Positions 31,501-42,203 of a stretch of DNA of 64,000 nucleotides are shown piece by piece (position 1 is the stretch's first letter; the number at the start of each line of letters is the position of its first letter). The translations under genes and the position numbers were made by a program. The notes under the pieces are model-generated. The model was not told where the DNA came from, made no database searches, and was given only the letters and a program-made list of their open reading frames with translations. This DNA comes from an uncultured delta proteobacterium (GTDB taxonomy: Bacteria > Desulfobacterota > Binatia > UTPRO1): assembly GCA_963797545.1 (NCBI GenBank), contig CAWCPU010000003.1, positions 54,703 to 118,702 of the forward strand, given 5' to 3'.

Positions 31501-33362
31501 AACCCTTGGGTCAGCGCCGTCGAGTAGAAGACCTGCGAGGCGGCGGCGTCGGGCGCTCCGAGCGGGACTCCGGCCAGCAAGCGGTCGAGGGCGTCGAGGT
31601 TGGGCGTGCCGAGCCCGACATGCGCAAAGTCGGTGCCGAGCAATGCCGACGAGTGGAAGGCTATGGTGCCGGCGAGCGGATAGATCAGCGGGTTCAGGGC
31701 GCCGAGATTCGCGCCGAGAGACGCGTTCAGGCCTGCGGCGTACGCGGCCCAGACCGGCGCCGCCAGACTGGTGCCGCCGTAGACGAGTCCGTTTGGACAT
31801 CCGCCGTGGCTTGCCTGGCAGATGAGCATCCCATTGAGCGGGTCTGCGAACGCCGACACGTCGGGAACCGAGCGCATGGACGAAGCGACGAGGCCGTCCT
31901 GGTAGGCGGGGCGCGCGAACCGACCGGAGACGCCGAAGCCTCCTTTCCCCTGCCACCAGGATTCCGAGCCGTAGACCCACCCTGCGGCATTGGCCATGGA
32001 CGTGCCGCCGACGGCGGTGGCGTGCGGCGAGTCGGCCGGCACCCCGACCGTGTTCGGGCTGCCGCCAAGGCAGGTGCTCCCGGTGTCGCCCGCCCCGTTG
32101 AACACGCTCACGCCCGAGGCGGCGGCGGCCTGCAGAACCGCATCGATGCTCTTGACGTCCGCGAGGGAATGCTCGTTCTCGCACGACGTCCAGCTGTTCC
32201 CGATCACCGTCACCCCGTGATCGAGCATCGCGCTGAACATGGCCTGCCAACTGGTCGCTCGGGGCGCGGAGAAGACCACGACCTCGGCGGCGGGAGCGAG
32301 CGTCATCGCGACGTCGATGTCGAGCAGCACCTCGGCTTCCCCGGGCCCCGGGACGGCGACGCCGCCGTTCACGGCGACTTCGCTCAAATTGTCGATACGC
32401 GACGCCGGGAAGCCGGTCAGCGCGAGAAAGTCCTCGATGTCGCTCCGATGAAAGGTATCGAACTGCACGAGGCCGATCTTCTGTCGGATCCCGTTCTTGA
32501 CCCCCGCCCCCGGCGGGACCACCCAGGCGAGGGGTGGGTTGTACGGATGATTGATGTAGGCCTCCGGCGCGGATCGGCTGCGCCCGTCGCCCCGAAGTAT
32601 GAATCCGAGAAGGCACGCGCCGAGCACGGCGAGCACACCGCCGCTCAAGCCCACTACCGCTGCAAAGAGCGGGGCAGTCCACAGGGCCCAGCCGATGAGC
32701 GCCACGACGAGCCCGAGGGCCACCAAGCAGAGCACGAAGGCCAGCTCGACCGTCTGCGGCTCTCGCCGCGGCACGCCGAGGTCGGAGAGGCCGGCGATCG
32801 CGTCCACCTTCGAGGCGATCTCGGGCGGCAGCGCCGGGTCGGCGTCGTTGGCGTGGAAGGCGCGCCCGTCGAGGCCGTAGTCGCTGATCGTGACCGCGAA
32901 GGCCTGCTCCGCCTGTGTTCGCGTCCCGCGCACCGTCAGCGTCAGACGGTTCTCCGAGCCCTCCGCCACCGAGAAGCCCTGCTTCTCGAGGTACGTCCGC
33001 ACGGCATCGTAGGTCTCCTGCGACGGCCCGAACCGGTCCGAGAGCTGTCGCGGCGTGAGGAACTTCCGGAACTGCGACGAATTCGGGTCGTAGACGTCGG
33101 CGAGGAACCTCGCGAACCCGTCTTCGTCGTCGCGCCGAAGGACGACCGTCAGCGTCAGCGGCTCGCTCGCGGCGGAGATGGCGCCGCGCTGGCTCGCGCG
33201 CGCGGGTGACACGCGCACCGCTCGCGCGAGCGCCGGGACTACGTGACCGGGAATGCGAACGCCAGGCGCTGCGACCGCGGAGCCGCTCGCGACGGATGCG
33301 GTGGCCGGAGCCGCCCAGCAGAGGGCGGCGAGAAGAACGACCAGGAGGTGCCGGTGTGCCAC
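28590..33362 (-). CDS. Giant secreted S53 (sedolisin/kumamolisin-like) peptidase
   Basis: ~1590 aa, no frameshifts; two-TM hairpin after the prodomain and a tandemly duplicated Lys-rich ~110-aa C-terminal domain (DHFxCY..PFPKF..DLKKP..C.P.NKN). GTG start 33362 with signal peptide AHRHLLVVLLAALCWAAPATA. Pro-kumamolisin activation domain. Catalytic-domain motifs (EAEVLLDIDVAMTLAP, GTSLAAPVWAAYAAGL). Multiple T/G/V-rich beta-sandwich domains. Confidence 0.8.
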   Translation of the reverse strand: MAHRHLLVVLLAALCWAAPATASVASGSAVAAPGVRIPGHVVPALARAVRVSPARASQRGAISAASEPLTLTVVLRRDDEDGFARFLADVYDPNSSQFRKFLTPRQLSDRFGPSQETYDAVRTYLEKQGFSVAEGSENRLTLTVRGTRTQAEQAFAVTISDYGLDGRAFHANDADPALPPEIASKVDAIAGLSDLGVPRREPQTVELAFVLCLVALGLVVALIGWALWTAPLFAAVVGLSGGVLAVLGACLLGFILRGDGRSRSAPEAYINHPYNPPLAWVVPPGAGVKNGIRQKIGLVQFDTFHRSDIEDFLALTGFPASRIDNLSEVAVNGGVAVPGPGEAEVLLDIDVAMTLAPAAEVVVFSAPRATSWQAMFSAMLDHGVTVIGNSWTSCENEHSLADVKSIDAVLQAAAASGVSVFNGAGDTGSTCLGGSPNTVGVPADSPHATAVGGTSMANAAGWVYGSESWWQGKGGFGVSGRFARPAYQDGLVASSMRSVPDVSAFADPLNGMLICQASHGGCPNGLVYGGTSLAAPVWAAYAAGLNASLGANLGALNPLIYPLAGTIAFHSSALLGTDFAHVGLGTPNLDALDRLLAGVPLGAPDAAASQVFYSTALTQGFEAPPFLVIPADGQAAATVTVIVRDANEHTVGGKSVALAANAGSDAVISPPGSVTSSETNGAAVFTVTDLTPEDVTFSASVDGTPIQQTATITFGVPQAVGASIDASPTTVTADGLSTTAITVTLQDTLGRPTAGKQVMLAQGNGHSIIVAPNPQVTDANGQIQFTASDQVNETVTYTAVDVTDGDLPVPGSAVVTFSSGPNTACAASIVPPAGQNGYVVTPFITGFTTGTLSFGGVNFGGCRGATAPGFRGDDVYVVNFLSGDVFELGAGGGVATTGNRLATLGPTLGAPVVGKDGRIYASRVATTGNFNTGAILEIDPATGAAVRTVAANLRCPLTLAVDPVSGDLFYDDGCFGAGSDDPAIHRIRNPAAANPTVEVYATLPNTPNGNLAFAPNGSVYVVSGYTSPSPPVYRVSGTSEPSPPTVTPLTGVSSIFWVNVGETDPDGEARSLVTFATDGLKLTDITANPPTSITIATDLGGGVIGPDGCLYADNGVAVHRVTDPDGGCSFVPSNAAPALTLTPGTIVPDPAQGTAETFTARLLNAAAAPGTGVIFRVSGANPEIRQVQLEADGTASFSHLGIHTGTDSIVATTTISEGALESNTARIDWAAGKHVTFLTLDPSPTSAMPDTSVTVMAELTDVSEETAAPVGGVSIHFEVGGGSCDGVTDGTGIASCELTPSGAIGIETLSASFAGDAQYAPADASAVFALFAPIATELDHFACYKATPAKASRGTPPFPKFTPTTVTAVDQFSTGEPNDQHELDLKKPLVICNPANKNDEDASAPGHATHLAGYQAKLTKTDPRQPKLTPSVHTVVNQIGLLKLKVTAVDRLLVPAAKALGTEGTPPLGGTTVDHFTCYRATVAKAKRGQRPFPKFMPARVTLTDEFGGPLTYDLKRPKLLCAPTNKNGEAPDAPAHEMHLVCYLAKLTRQKPAQPKFARQSVSTTDQFGSEVLSVKAFEELCVPSLKLD

Positions 33363-33567
33363 GTGATTGGCTGACGCTGACTCGGGAGTCGGGGCGAAGT
33401 GTTCCCCAGGTGGCGTCCGCCCGTCAAGCGCGAGTTGAAGCGATCGCCGCCGTCGGGGCGGGCGGCCGGCGCGCGGACCGACGAACGTGGCGAGGTTCAG
33501 AGCATCCAGTGCACGCAGCGGCTTCATGCGTGGGATCTGGCCACGAGCGGCGTGAAGCAGGGATCCT

Positions 33568-34776
<1,209 letters not shown>

Positions 34777-34828
34777 GGCCGCCCTGCGGCTTCGGGCTCG
34801 GCCGCGCAGAGGAGGCGCGGCTCCGAAG

Positions 34829-35479
34829 ATGACGCCGGCGCGCGCCAGCGACTGCGCTCGGCGCCGTCCCGGCAGCGGTGCCGTCGCCGGCGACTCGCGC
34901 TATCCTGCGTCCGTGGACGGCAAGCTTCGGACCGGCGACGCGTTGCTCGTCGTCGACGTCCAGCGCGACTTCTGTGCCGGCGGCGCGCTCGCGATCGCGG
35001 GCGGTGACGAGGTCGTTCCGGTGCTGAACGACTGGATCCGCGCCGCGGCGGACGCCCGCGTGCCGGTCTTCGTCTCGCGCGATTGGCATCCGCGCGGGCA
35101 CCCGAGCTTCGCCGAGCGCGGCGGGCCGTGGCCGGCGCATTGCGTGCAGGACACGCCGGGCGCCGCGTTCCATCCCGAGCTGCGCCTGCCGGCCGACGCC
35201 GTCCTCGTCAGCAAGGGCGCGCGCTTCGACAAGGATCAGAGCTCGGCGTTCGACGACACCGGTCTCGCCGCCGAGCTCGAGCGCCGTGGCGTTCGGCGTC
35301 TGTTCGTCGGCGGTCTCGCCGAGGACGTCTGCGTGCGCGCGACGGTGCTCGACGCGCTCGGCGCGGGCTTCGAGGTGCACGTCCTCGAGGACGCGACGCG
35401 TCCGGTCGACCGCGTCGGCGGCGCGAACGCCCGCGCGGCGATGCGCGCGTCGGGCGCCGTGATCGAAGGCGCGGCGTGA
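34829..35479 (+). CDS. pncA: Nicotinamidase/pyrazinamidase (isochorismatase family)
   Basis: LLVVDVQRDFCAGGALAIAGGDEVVPVLNDWI...SRDWHP...HCVQDTPGAAFHPEL. Confidence 0.8.
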   Translation: MTPARASDCARRRPGSGAVAGDSRYPASVDGKLRTGDALLVVDVQRDFCAGGALAIAGGDEVVPVLNDWIRAAADARVPVFVSRDWHPRGHPSFAERGGPWPAHCVQDTPGAAFHPELRLPADAVLVSKGARFDKDQSSAFDDTGLAAELERRGVRRLFVGGLAEDVCVRATVLDALGAGFEVHVLEDATRPVDRVGGANARAAMRASGAVIEGAA

Positions 35480-36843
35480 CGATCTCCGGCACCCGCGCGG
35501 GCGTGAGCGCCGCGCTCCTCACCGACCTCTACGAGCTCACGATGGTGCAGGCCTACGTCGAGGAAGGGATGACGGAGCAGGCGACCTTCAGCCTCTTCGT
35601 CCGCACCCTGCCGCCGCGGCGGAACTTCCTCCTCGCCTGCGGCCTCGACGACACGTTGCGCGTCCTCGAGGAGCTCCGCTTCGACGACGGCGACGTGGCG
35701 TACCTGGCGTCGCTCGGCACCTTCTCGGAGCGCGCTCTGCGATACCTCGAGCGCTTCCGCTTCGCCGGCGACGTGTACGCGGTTCTCGAGGGCACGCCGG
35801 TGTTCGCGGGCGAGCCCCTTCTCGAGATCGTGGCGCCGCTGCCGCAGGCGCAGCTCGTCGAGAGCATCGTCATCAATCAGATGCACCTGCAGACGGTTCT
35901 CGCGTCCAAGGCGGCGCGCGTGGTGCTCGCGGCGCGCGGCCGCGGCGTCGTCGACTTCGGTCTCCGCCGGATGCACGGGATCGATGCGGCGGTGAAGGCG
36001 CCGCGGGCGTTCTTCGTCGCCGGCGTCGATGCGACGTCGAACGTCGCCGCCGGCGAGCTCTACGCGATGCCGATCCGCGGCACGATGGCGCACAGCTACG
36101 TTCAGGCGCACGACGGCGAGCTCGAGGCGTTTCGCAGCTTCACGCGTCGCAATCCGGAGGGCGTCCTGCTCGTCGACACCTACGACGCGCTCGAGGGAGT
36201 GCGCAACGTGGTCGCGCTCGCCCGCGAGCTCGGGCCCGAGTTCCGCGTCCGCGCGATCCGCCTCGACTCCGGCGATCTCGCCGGGCTCGCCGCCGCGGCG
36301 CGCGGCATCCTCGACGACGCCGGTCTCGGCGCCGTCGAGATCTTCGCGAGCGGCGGTCTCGACGAGGACGCGATCGACGCGCTGGTGCGCGGCGGCGCGC
36401 CGATCGACGGCTTCGGCGTCGGCACCGAGCTCGGCGTCGCGAGCGATGCGCCGGCGCTCGACGTCGCCTACAAGCTCGTCGCCTACGCCGGCCGAGGCCG
36501 CCTCAAGCTGTCGCCGGGGAAGCCGACGTTGCCGGGACGGAAACAGGTATTCCGCTTCGAGGAGGACGGTATCGCCGTGCGCGACGTGATCGCGCGTCAC
36601 GACGAGGAGCATGCCGCGCGCCCACTCCTCCGGCAGGTCATGCGGGACGGCGTGCGCCTTCCGGCGGGGCGCGCGCCGCTGACCGCGGCGCGCGAGCGCG
36701 CGCGGGTCGCGATCGCGTCGCTGCCGGTGGCGCTCCGGGGTATGGCGCCGGCGGCCGTGCCCTACCCGGTCGAGGTCAGCGCAGCGCTCGCCGTCGAGCG
36801 TGACCGGCTTGCCGCCGCCGTTCGCGGCGGGTCGCGCCCGTGA
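35476..36843 (+). CDS. pncB: Nicotinate phosphoribosyltransferase
   Basis: GTG start overlapping the pncA stop; LTDLYELTMVQAYVEEGM...GTMAHSYVQA... NAPRTase family. The long upstream in-frame extension of ORF 35083 is not considered real. Confidence 0.85.
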   Translation: MTISGTRAGVSAALLTDLYELTMVQAYVEEGMTEQATFSLFVRTLPPRRNFLLACGLDDTLRVLEELRFDDGDVAYLASLGTFSERALRYLERFRFAGDVYAVLEGTPVFAGEPLLEIVAPLPQAQLVESIVINQMHLQTVLASKAARVVLAARGRGVVDFGLRRMHGIDAAVKAPRAFFVAGVDATSNVAAGELYAMPIRGTMAHSYVQAHDGELEAFRSFTRRNPEGVLLVDTYDALEGVRNVVALARELGPEFRVRAIRLDSGDLAGLAAAARGILDDAGLGAVEIFASGGLDEDAIDALVRGGAPIDGFGVGTELGVASDAPALDVAYKLVAYAGRGRLKLSPGKPTLPGRKQVFRFEEDGIAVRDVIARHDEEHAARPLLRQVMRDGVRLPAGRAPLTAARERARVAIASLPVALRGMAPAAVPYPVEVSAALAVERDRLAAAVRGGSRP

Positions 36844-36894
36844 CGCACTCGCGGATGCCGTCCCTTTACCGGGACGTCACGCCCGGCTCCCCGA

Positions 36895-37401
36895 TCAGCC
36901 GCGCGCCTGCTTGCGCGCGCGCGTCCGCGCCGCCTTTCTCGCCGCGGCGGATCGTTTAGCCGGACCTTTCGTCCTCGCGGCTTTCTTCGCCGCGGCGGAG
37001 CGCGCGGCGGCGCTGCGACGACGAGCCGCGGAATGCGCCTGCTTCGCCAACGCCGATCGCGAAGCCGCCGAGCGTCCTTCACGCCGGAGCGCGCCGCTGA
37101 TCGCCCGAGAACGGCTGCGCGACACGCGCTTCCTGCCGCGCCGACCCGCGCGCTCCGCGCGTTCGGCGCTGCGCCGTGTTCGCTCGGATACGGTGCCCTT
37201 CTTCGGCGGCGAGAGCTTGACGCCGGCACGGCGGGCTTTCGAGAGGCCGATGGCGATGGCCTGCTTCGTCGAGCGGGCGCCGTGCTTGCCCTCGCGGATG
37301 TGCTCCATCTCTTCGCGGACGAACTCGCCGGCCTGCGTGCTCGGTGCCTTGCCTTCGCGCTCGTCCTGCTCGGCACGCTCGAGGGTTTCGTTCTCAGGCA
37401 T
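36895..37401 (-). CDS. Basic protein: conserved N-terminal domain (EEMEHIREGKHGARSTKQAIAIGLSKARRAGV) plus Ala/Lys/Arg-rich histone-H1-like tail
   Basis: ORF 168 aa; low-complexity AKR-rich C-terminus; family not assigned. Confidence 0.5.
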   Translation of the reverse strand: MPENETLERAEQDEREGKAPSTQAGEFVREEMEHIREGKHGARSTKQAIAIGLSKARRAGVKLSPPKKGTVSERTRRSAERAERAGRRGRKRVSRSRSRAISGALRREGRSAASRSALAKQAHSAARRRSAAARSAAAKKAARTKGPAKRSAAARKAARTRARKQARG

Positions 37402-37649
37402 GATCGTCTCCCTCCTCTGGGTTGTGCTCGTTCGAAATCAGCAATCACCATGCCGCCAGTCGGGACGCCGGAGCGCCGAGTCCGCGCCGGCGCGCGCGCC
37501 GCGCGCGCCGGCGGATTTGGCCGTCGCTGACGCCCTCGGTGTCTCGCCGGCTGTCTACGTACGGCGACGCGACGCAAGCGCGCGCGTCGCGACGCCGTCC
37601 GGCACGTGAACGGTCGCTAAAGGGCGGTTGTACGCTTTGCAACGCGCGC

Positions 37650-40004
37650 TCATTCGAGGTCGGCGATCGTCGCACCCGCGCCGCCTTCGTTCGCTGGCGC
37701 TTCGTGGAACGCCGTGCAGTAGGGCGAGGCGGCCAGGTAGTCGGCGACGGCGCGTTTCAAGGCGCCGGTGCCGACGCCGTGAACGACGCGGACCCGCGCC
37801 GCGTCGCCCTGCTGCGCGCGATCGAGGAAGCTCTCGAGACGTTCGAGGGCGTCACGCACGCGGAGGCCGATCAGATTCACCTCCGCGGTGGGCGGGGCAA
37901 GCGGCTTGGCGTCCTCGAGACGCTCGACGGCGCGCTCGCGCCGGCGCGGTGGTGCCGCCGGCGCATCCGCGGGGACGACCGCGCGGATGCGATCGGCGGG
38001 AACCTCGAACGTCAGCGCGCCGCGACGGATGCGCGCGCGTGCCCCCGCGAGGTCGACGAGCTCGCCGCGAATGGCGGAGTCGCGGAGCTCGACGGTGTCG
38101 CCGACGGCGGGCGGTCGCGCCGGCGTGTCCTGCGGCGCGTCCGCGAGCGCCGCTGCGCGGCGCTCGATCTCCTCGTGCTTCTCGCGAACGAAATCGCCGA
38201 GCGTGCGGGCGGCGTCGGGCGGACGGCGGCGGATCACGTCGAGGAGCTCGCGGCCCTCCGTTTTGAGCGTGCGGACGAACTCGCGTGCTTCGTCGAGCTC
38301 GCCTTGCCACCGCGTCCGGCGGCGATCCCGCAGCTCGGCGACCAGCGCCGCATGCTCGCGCTCGAGCTCGGCCAATGCCCGCCGCTCTTCCTCGATCGCC
38401 GTGCGCTCGTCGTCGTGCCGGCGGCGGCTCGCCTCGAGGCGTTCGATCGCGCTGGCGAGCTCGCGGGTCGACGCTTCTTGCCGCCGTTCGGCCGCGTCGA
38501 TGACGTCGGACGGCAGCGTGAGCCGTCGCGCCATCGCGAGGCCGAGGCTCGCGCCGACCGAGCCGTAGATCAGCCGGAACCGCGGCTCGAAGGTCCTGGC
38601 GTCGACGTCGACCGAGGCGAGCTCGATCCGGGGCTCGTTCAGCGCGTAGAGCTTCACCGGGGCGTAGTGGGTCGCCGCCGCGACCAGCGCGCCGGCCGCG
38701 AGCAGCCGGTCGACGAGCGCGACCGCGAGCGCCGCGCCCTCCTCGGGATCGGTGCCGCTGCCGGGCTCGTCGAGCAGGACCAGGACGGGGCACTCGAGCG
38801 CGCCGAAGATCTCGACCAGGTTCACGACGTGCGCCGAGAAGGTCGAGAGGTTTCGCTCGATGCTCTGGTCGTCGGCGAGATCGGTGAAGAGCGCGCGTAC
38901 GAACGGCACGCGGCTGCCGTCCTCCGCCGGGATCAGGATGCCGGATTGCGCCATCAGGACGAGCAGGCCGAGCGTCTTCAGCGCGACGGTCTTGCCGCCG
39001 GTGTTCGGACCGCTGATCACGAGCGCGCGCTTGGCTTCGCCGATCCGGATGTCGACCGGCGTGACGTCGGTACGCGTGAGCAAGAGCTCCGGGTGGCGCG
39101 CCCGGCGGAGGTCGAAGGCGTCGGCGAGCGCCGGCCGAATGCAGCGGAAGCGCCGCGCGAAGGCGGCGCCGGCGGCGAGGCGGTCGATCTCCGCGAGCGC
39201 GGCGAGCGCCGCCGCGAGCTCGTCGTGCGCGCTCCCCACCTGTGCCGTCAAGAGCAGCAGCAAGCGCAGCTCCTCGATCTCCTCCTCCTTGGCGAGCAGG
39301 AGCAGGCGGTTGTTGAGCTCGATCGCGAAGAGCGGCTCGATGAAGAGCGTCTCGCCGGATACCGAGCGATCCTGGACGACGCCGGCGACGCGGCCGGCCG
39401 CGCCGGCTTTCACCGGGACCACGAAGCGGTTGTTGCGAACCGTGACGTAGCGGTCGGCGAACCCGTCGGCGCCGCTCGCGTTCGTCATGCGCGTGAGCCG
39501 CTCCTCGATCTCCTGCCGCAGGTCGCGCAGGGCGCGGCGGAGCTCGGCGAGACGCGGGCTCGCGCCGTCACGCAAGAGGCCGTCGTCGTCGAGCATGCGC
39601 GAGAGCGCCGCCTCGAGCTCGGGAAACGCGTGCAGCCGTGCCGGCAGGTCGGCGAGCGCCGGCCACTCGGCGACGCGCGCCTGCAAGAACCGACGCAGCG
39701 TCTGGACCTGGCGCAGCACGGTTCGGACCTCGAGCAATTGCTTGCCGGTGAGGATCGCACCGTCGTGCGCGGCGAGCGCCAGCGACTCGCGGACGTCGGC
39801 GAAGGCGGCGAGCGGCAGCGCGGCGCCGGTCTCGAGCAGGCGAAAGAAGCTCCACTGGCGCTCGAGCGCGCGCTCCGCGCCGTCGCGATCGCGCGCCGGA
39901 CGAAGCCCGCGACACGCGTCGGCGCCGAGGGTCGAGACGGCGAGCGCGGCGAGCGCGTCGAGCAGCTTCGGAAATCCCAGCGCCTCGAGGTCGCGCGGAC
40001 GCAT
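37650..40004 (-). CDS. mutS2: Endonuclease MutS2 (MutS domain V ATPase plus C-terminal Smr domain)
   Basis: ISGPNTGGKTVALKTLGLLVLMAQSG, DEPGSGTDPEEGAALA, C-terminal Smr (VNLIGLRVRDALERLESFLDRA...VVHGVGTGALKRAV); 784 aa, intact. Confidence 0.9.
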   Translation of the reverse strand: MRPRDLEALGFPKLLDALAALAVSTLGADACRGLRPARDRDGAERALERQWSFFRLLETGAALPLAAFADVRESLALAAHDGAILTGKQLLEVRTVLRQVQTLRRFLQARVAEWPALADLPARLHAFPELEAALSRMLDDDGLLRDGASPRLAELRRALRDLRQEIEERLTRMTNASGADGFADRYVTVRNNRFVVPVKAGAAGRVAGVVQDRSVSGETLFIEPLFAIELNNRLLLLAKEEEIEELRLLLLLTAQVGSAHDELAAALAALAEIDRLAAGAAFARRFRCIRPALADAFDLRRARHPELLLTRTDVTPVDIRIGEAKRALVISGPNTGGKTVALKTLGLLVLMAQSGILIPAEDGSRVPFVRALFTDLADDQSIERNLSTFSAHVVNLVEIFGALECPVLVLLDEPGSGTDPEEGAALAVALVDRLLAAGALVAAATHYAPVKLYALNEPRIELASVDVDARTFEPRFRLIYGSVGASLGLAMARRLTLPSDVIDAAERRQEASTRELASAIERLEASRRRHDDERTAIEEERRALAELEREHAALVAELRDRRRTRWQGELDEAREFVRTLKTEGRELLDVIRRRPPDAARTLGDFVREKHEEIERRAAALADAPQDTPARPPAVGDTVELRDSAIRGELVDLAGARARIRRGALTFEVPADRIRAVVPADAPAAPPRRRERAVERLEDAKPLAPPTAEVNLIGLRVRDALERLESFLDRAQQGDAARVRVVHGVGTGALKRAVADYLAASPYCTAFHEAPANEGGAGATIADLE

Positions 40005-40067
40005 GCGTGCGACCTACTGCGGTGCGCGTGCCGTGGCAAATCACGGGTACGCGAGCGAGAATGACGC

Positions 40068-40835
40068 ATGGAGATCGCGGATAGGGTCGCGCTCGTCACC
40101 GGCGCGTCGAGCGGCATCGGCGCCGCGCTGAGCCGGGACCTCGTCGCCGCCGGGGCCTCGGTCGCGATGGTCGCTCGCGGCGAGCGCCGGCTCGCCGACC
40201 TGGTCGGCGCGCTCACGCCGGCGCGGAGCGCGGCGTTTCCCTGCGACGTGCGCGACCCCGAGTCGGTCGCCGAGACGGTCGAGGCCGTGCGGCGCCGTTT
40301 CGGCGCGATCGACCTGCTCGTCAACAACGCCGGCATCGGCCGCTATCGCGCGTTCCTCGACACGCCGCCCGAAGACGTGGCGGCGGTCCTCGACACCAAC
40401 CTCCACGGCGCGCTCCACTTCACGCGTCGCGTCCTGCCGGAGATGCTCGCGCGGCGCCGGGGCCACGTCGTCAACGTGGCGTCGATCGCGGCGCGGATCG
40501 GCTCGCGCAATCACACGATCTACTGCGCCTCGAAATTCGCCCTCGCCGGGTTCAGCGAGAGCCTGGCGTACGAGCTCGAAGGCACCGGCGTCGGGATCAC
40601 GCTGGTGAATCCCGGCGTGATCGACACGCCCTTCTTCGATCACGAGTCGTTCGCGGCGTTTCCCGCCCACGCCCGCGCGCGCGCGATCCCCGCGGCGGCG
40701 GTGTCGGCGGCGATCATCCGCGCCGTCCGGCGCGGCGACGCGGAGGTGACGATTCCGCGCAGCTATGCGCTCGGCACGCTATTGAAGACGGTCGCGCCCG
40801 GTTTCTTCCGGCGGTTGATGCATCGCTACGCGTGA
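40068..40835 (+). CDS. Short-chain dehydrogenase/reductase (SDR) family oxidoreductase
   Basis: TGASSGIGAAL Rossmann motif, NNAG, YCASKFAL catalytic motif. Confidence 0.8.
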   Translation: MEIADRVALVTGASSGIGAALSRDLVAAGASVAMVARGERRLADLVGALTPARSAAFPCDVRDPESVAETVEAVRRRFGAIDLLVNNAGIGRYRAFLDTPPEDVAAVLDTNLHGALHFTRRVLPEMLARRRGHVVNVASIAARIGSRNHTIYCASKFALAGFSESLAYELEGTGVGITLVNPGVIDTPFFDHESFAAFPAHARARAIPAAAVSAAIIRAVRRGDAEVTIPRSYALGTLLKTVAPGFFRRLMHRYA

Positions 40836-40883
40836 GCGCCGGTCGACCTTGTCTGCGTCGGTCGCCATTGGTACGGGAGTGCG

Positions 40884-42008
40884 GTGAGCGGGTCGGTTGG
40901 ACGAACGCGGTCCGGCGGCGTCGAGGCGGATCGCGTCGCGATCGATCGCAAGCGCTCGTCGCTTCGCCGCCATGACGTCGTTCGGCGCGACGAATCGGCG
41001 GCCGCACCGACGCCCGATCCGTCCGACGACCGAGCGGAGGTCATAGGCGCGGCTCACGCCCGCGCCGCCGCCACGGTTGCGAGCCAGGGCGCGGCCGGCT
41101 CGGCGACAGACCGCGCCGATGTCGGTGCGCACGAGCCGGAGGGCACGGCATCCGAGGCGACCACGGATCGACAGGCGACGACACGCGCCCGTCGCCGTGT
41201 CGCCGCGCGGACCGCGACGGGCGCGTCCGCTCGCCGAGAGCCCGACGAGTTCGGTCTCGACCTCGAGTTCCGCGAGCGCGCCAAGCCGCTCTTCCAGCTG
41301 CTCTACGACCGGTACTGGCGGGTCGAGACGCGCGGCGCACGGAACGTTCCGCGGACCGGGCCCGTGATTCTCGTCTCCAACCACTCCGGCGCGATCCCGT
41401 TCGATGCGACGATGATCGCCTGCGCGCTCGACGACGCCGGCCATCCACGGCCGGCGCGGTTCCTCTACGACCGTTTCGTCGACCACCTGCCGTGGATCCC
41501 GCGCTTCTATCAGCGCGCCGGCGCCGTCGTCGCGACACACGAGAACGCCTCGCGCCTGCTCGAGAAGGGCGAGCTCGTCGGCCTCTTTCCGGAGGGCGTC
41601 GGCGGTCTCGCGAAGCTCTACTCGGAGCGCTACGTCCTGCAGTCGTTCAGCACCGGATTCGTCCGCCTTGCGATCCGCCATGGCGCGCCGATCGTGCCCG
41701 TCGCCGTCGTCGGCGCCGAGGAGATCTACCCGTTGATCGCGCGCGTGCAGGGGTTCGGCAAGCTCCTCGGGATCCCATACCTGCCGATCACGCCGTTCTT
41801 CCCGCTGCTCGGGCCGCTCGGGATGATCCCGCTGCCGACGAAGTGGATGATTCGCTTCGGCAAGCCGCTGCGGCTCGATCCGCCGTCGCGCCGGCACGCG
41901 GACGGCCTCGCGGTGCGCGCGCTCGCCGATCAAGTGCGTGGTCGTGTGCAGAGGATGGTGCGTGCGCTGCTGCGCGAGCGCGCCAGGATCTCCGGCGCGA
42001 CGCGCTGA
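40884..42008 (+). CDS. Lysophospholipid/glycerolipid acyltransferase (PlsC/LPLAT family); start uncertain (low-complexity N-terminal region)
   Basis: LVSNHSGAIPFD (HxxxxD-variant) and FPEGVGG motifs. Confidence 0.6.
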   Translation: MSGSVGRTRSGGVEADRVAIDRKRSSLRRHDVVRRDESAAAPTPDPSDDRAEVIGAAHARAAATVASQGAAGSATDRADVGAHEPEGTASEATTDRQATTRARRRVAARTATGASARREPDEFGLDLEFRERAKPLFQLLYDRYWRVETRGARNVPRTGPVILVSNHSGAIPFDATMIACALDDAGHPRPARFLYDRFVDHLPWIPRFYQRAGAVVATHENASRLLEKGELVGLFPEGVGGLAKLYSERYVLQSFSTGFVRLAIRHGAPIVPVAVVGAEEIYPLIARVQGFGKLLGIPYLPITPFFPLLGPLGMIPLPTKWMIRFGKPLRLDPPSRRHADGLAVRALADQVRGRVQRMVRALLRERARISGATR

Positions 42009-42203
42009 ACCCGCGCTCACGATCGACGCAGTTTGGCGCCGTGTGACACGCGTCGTTCGTCCGCGGTGACACAACGTTGCGCGCGCGCGGCACTCACCGG
42101 CGGCACGTGCGCGGTTCCGCCTCGTGATCGCGGGCGTGCAGGCGTGCTCGCCCGCGGCACGACCGTTGCTCCCGCCGTCGATGTGACGTTCCGCCGGCGC
42201 ACC

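Noticed and set aside
28743-33209. 1488-aa plus-strand ORF across the S53 peptidase locus
   Set aside because: Arg-rich junk; the minus strand carries unmistakable sedolisin domains.
26960-33375. Shared 11-mer gtgattggctg near 26962 and 33363
   Set aside because: A single exact 11-mer pair is expected many times by chance in 64 kb; no extended similarity on either side.
35083-35475. Long in-frame N-terminal extension of the pncB ORF
   Set aside because: It overlaps pncA in another frame and is Arg-rich; the GTG at 35476 overlapping the pncA stop gives a normal NAPRTase N-terminus.
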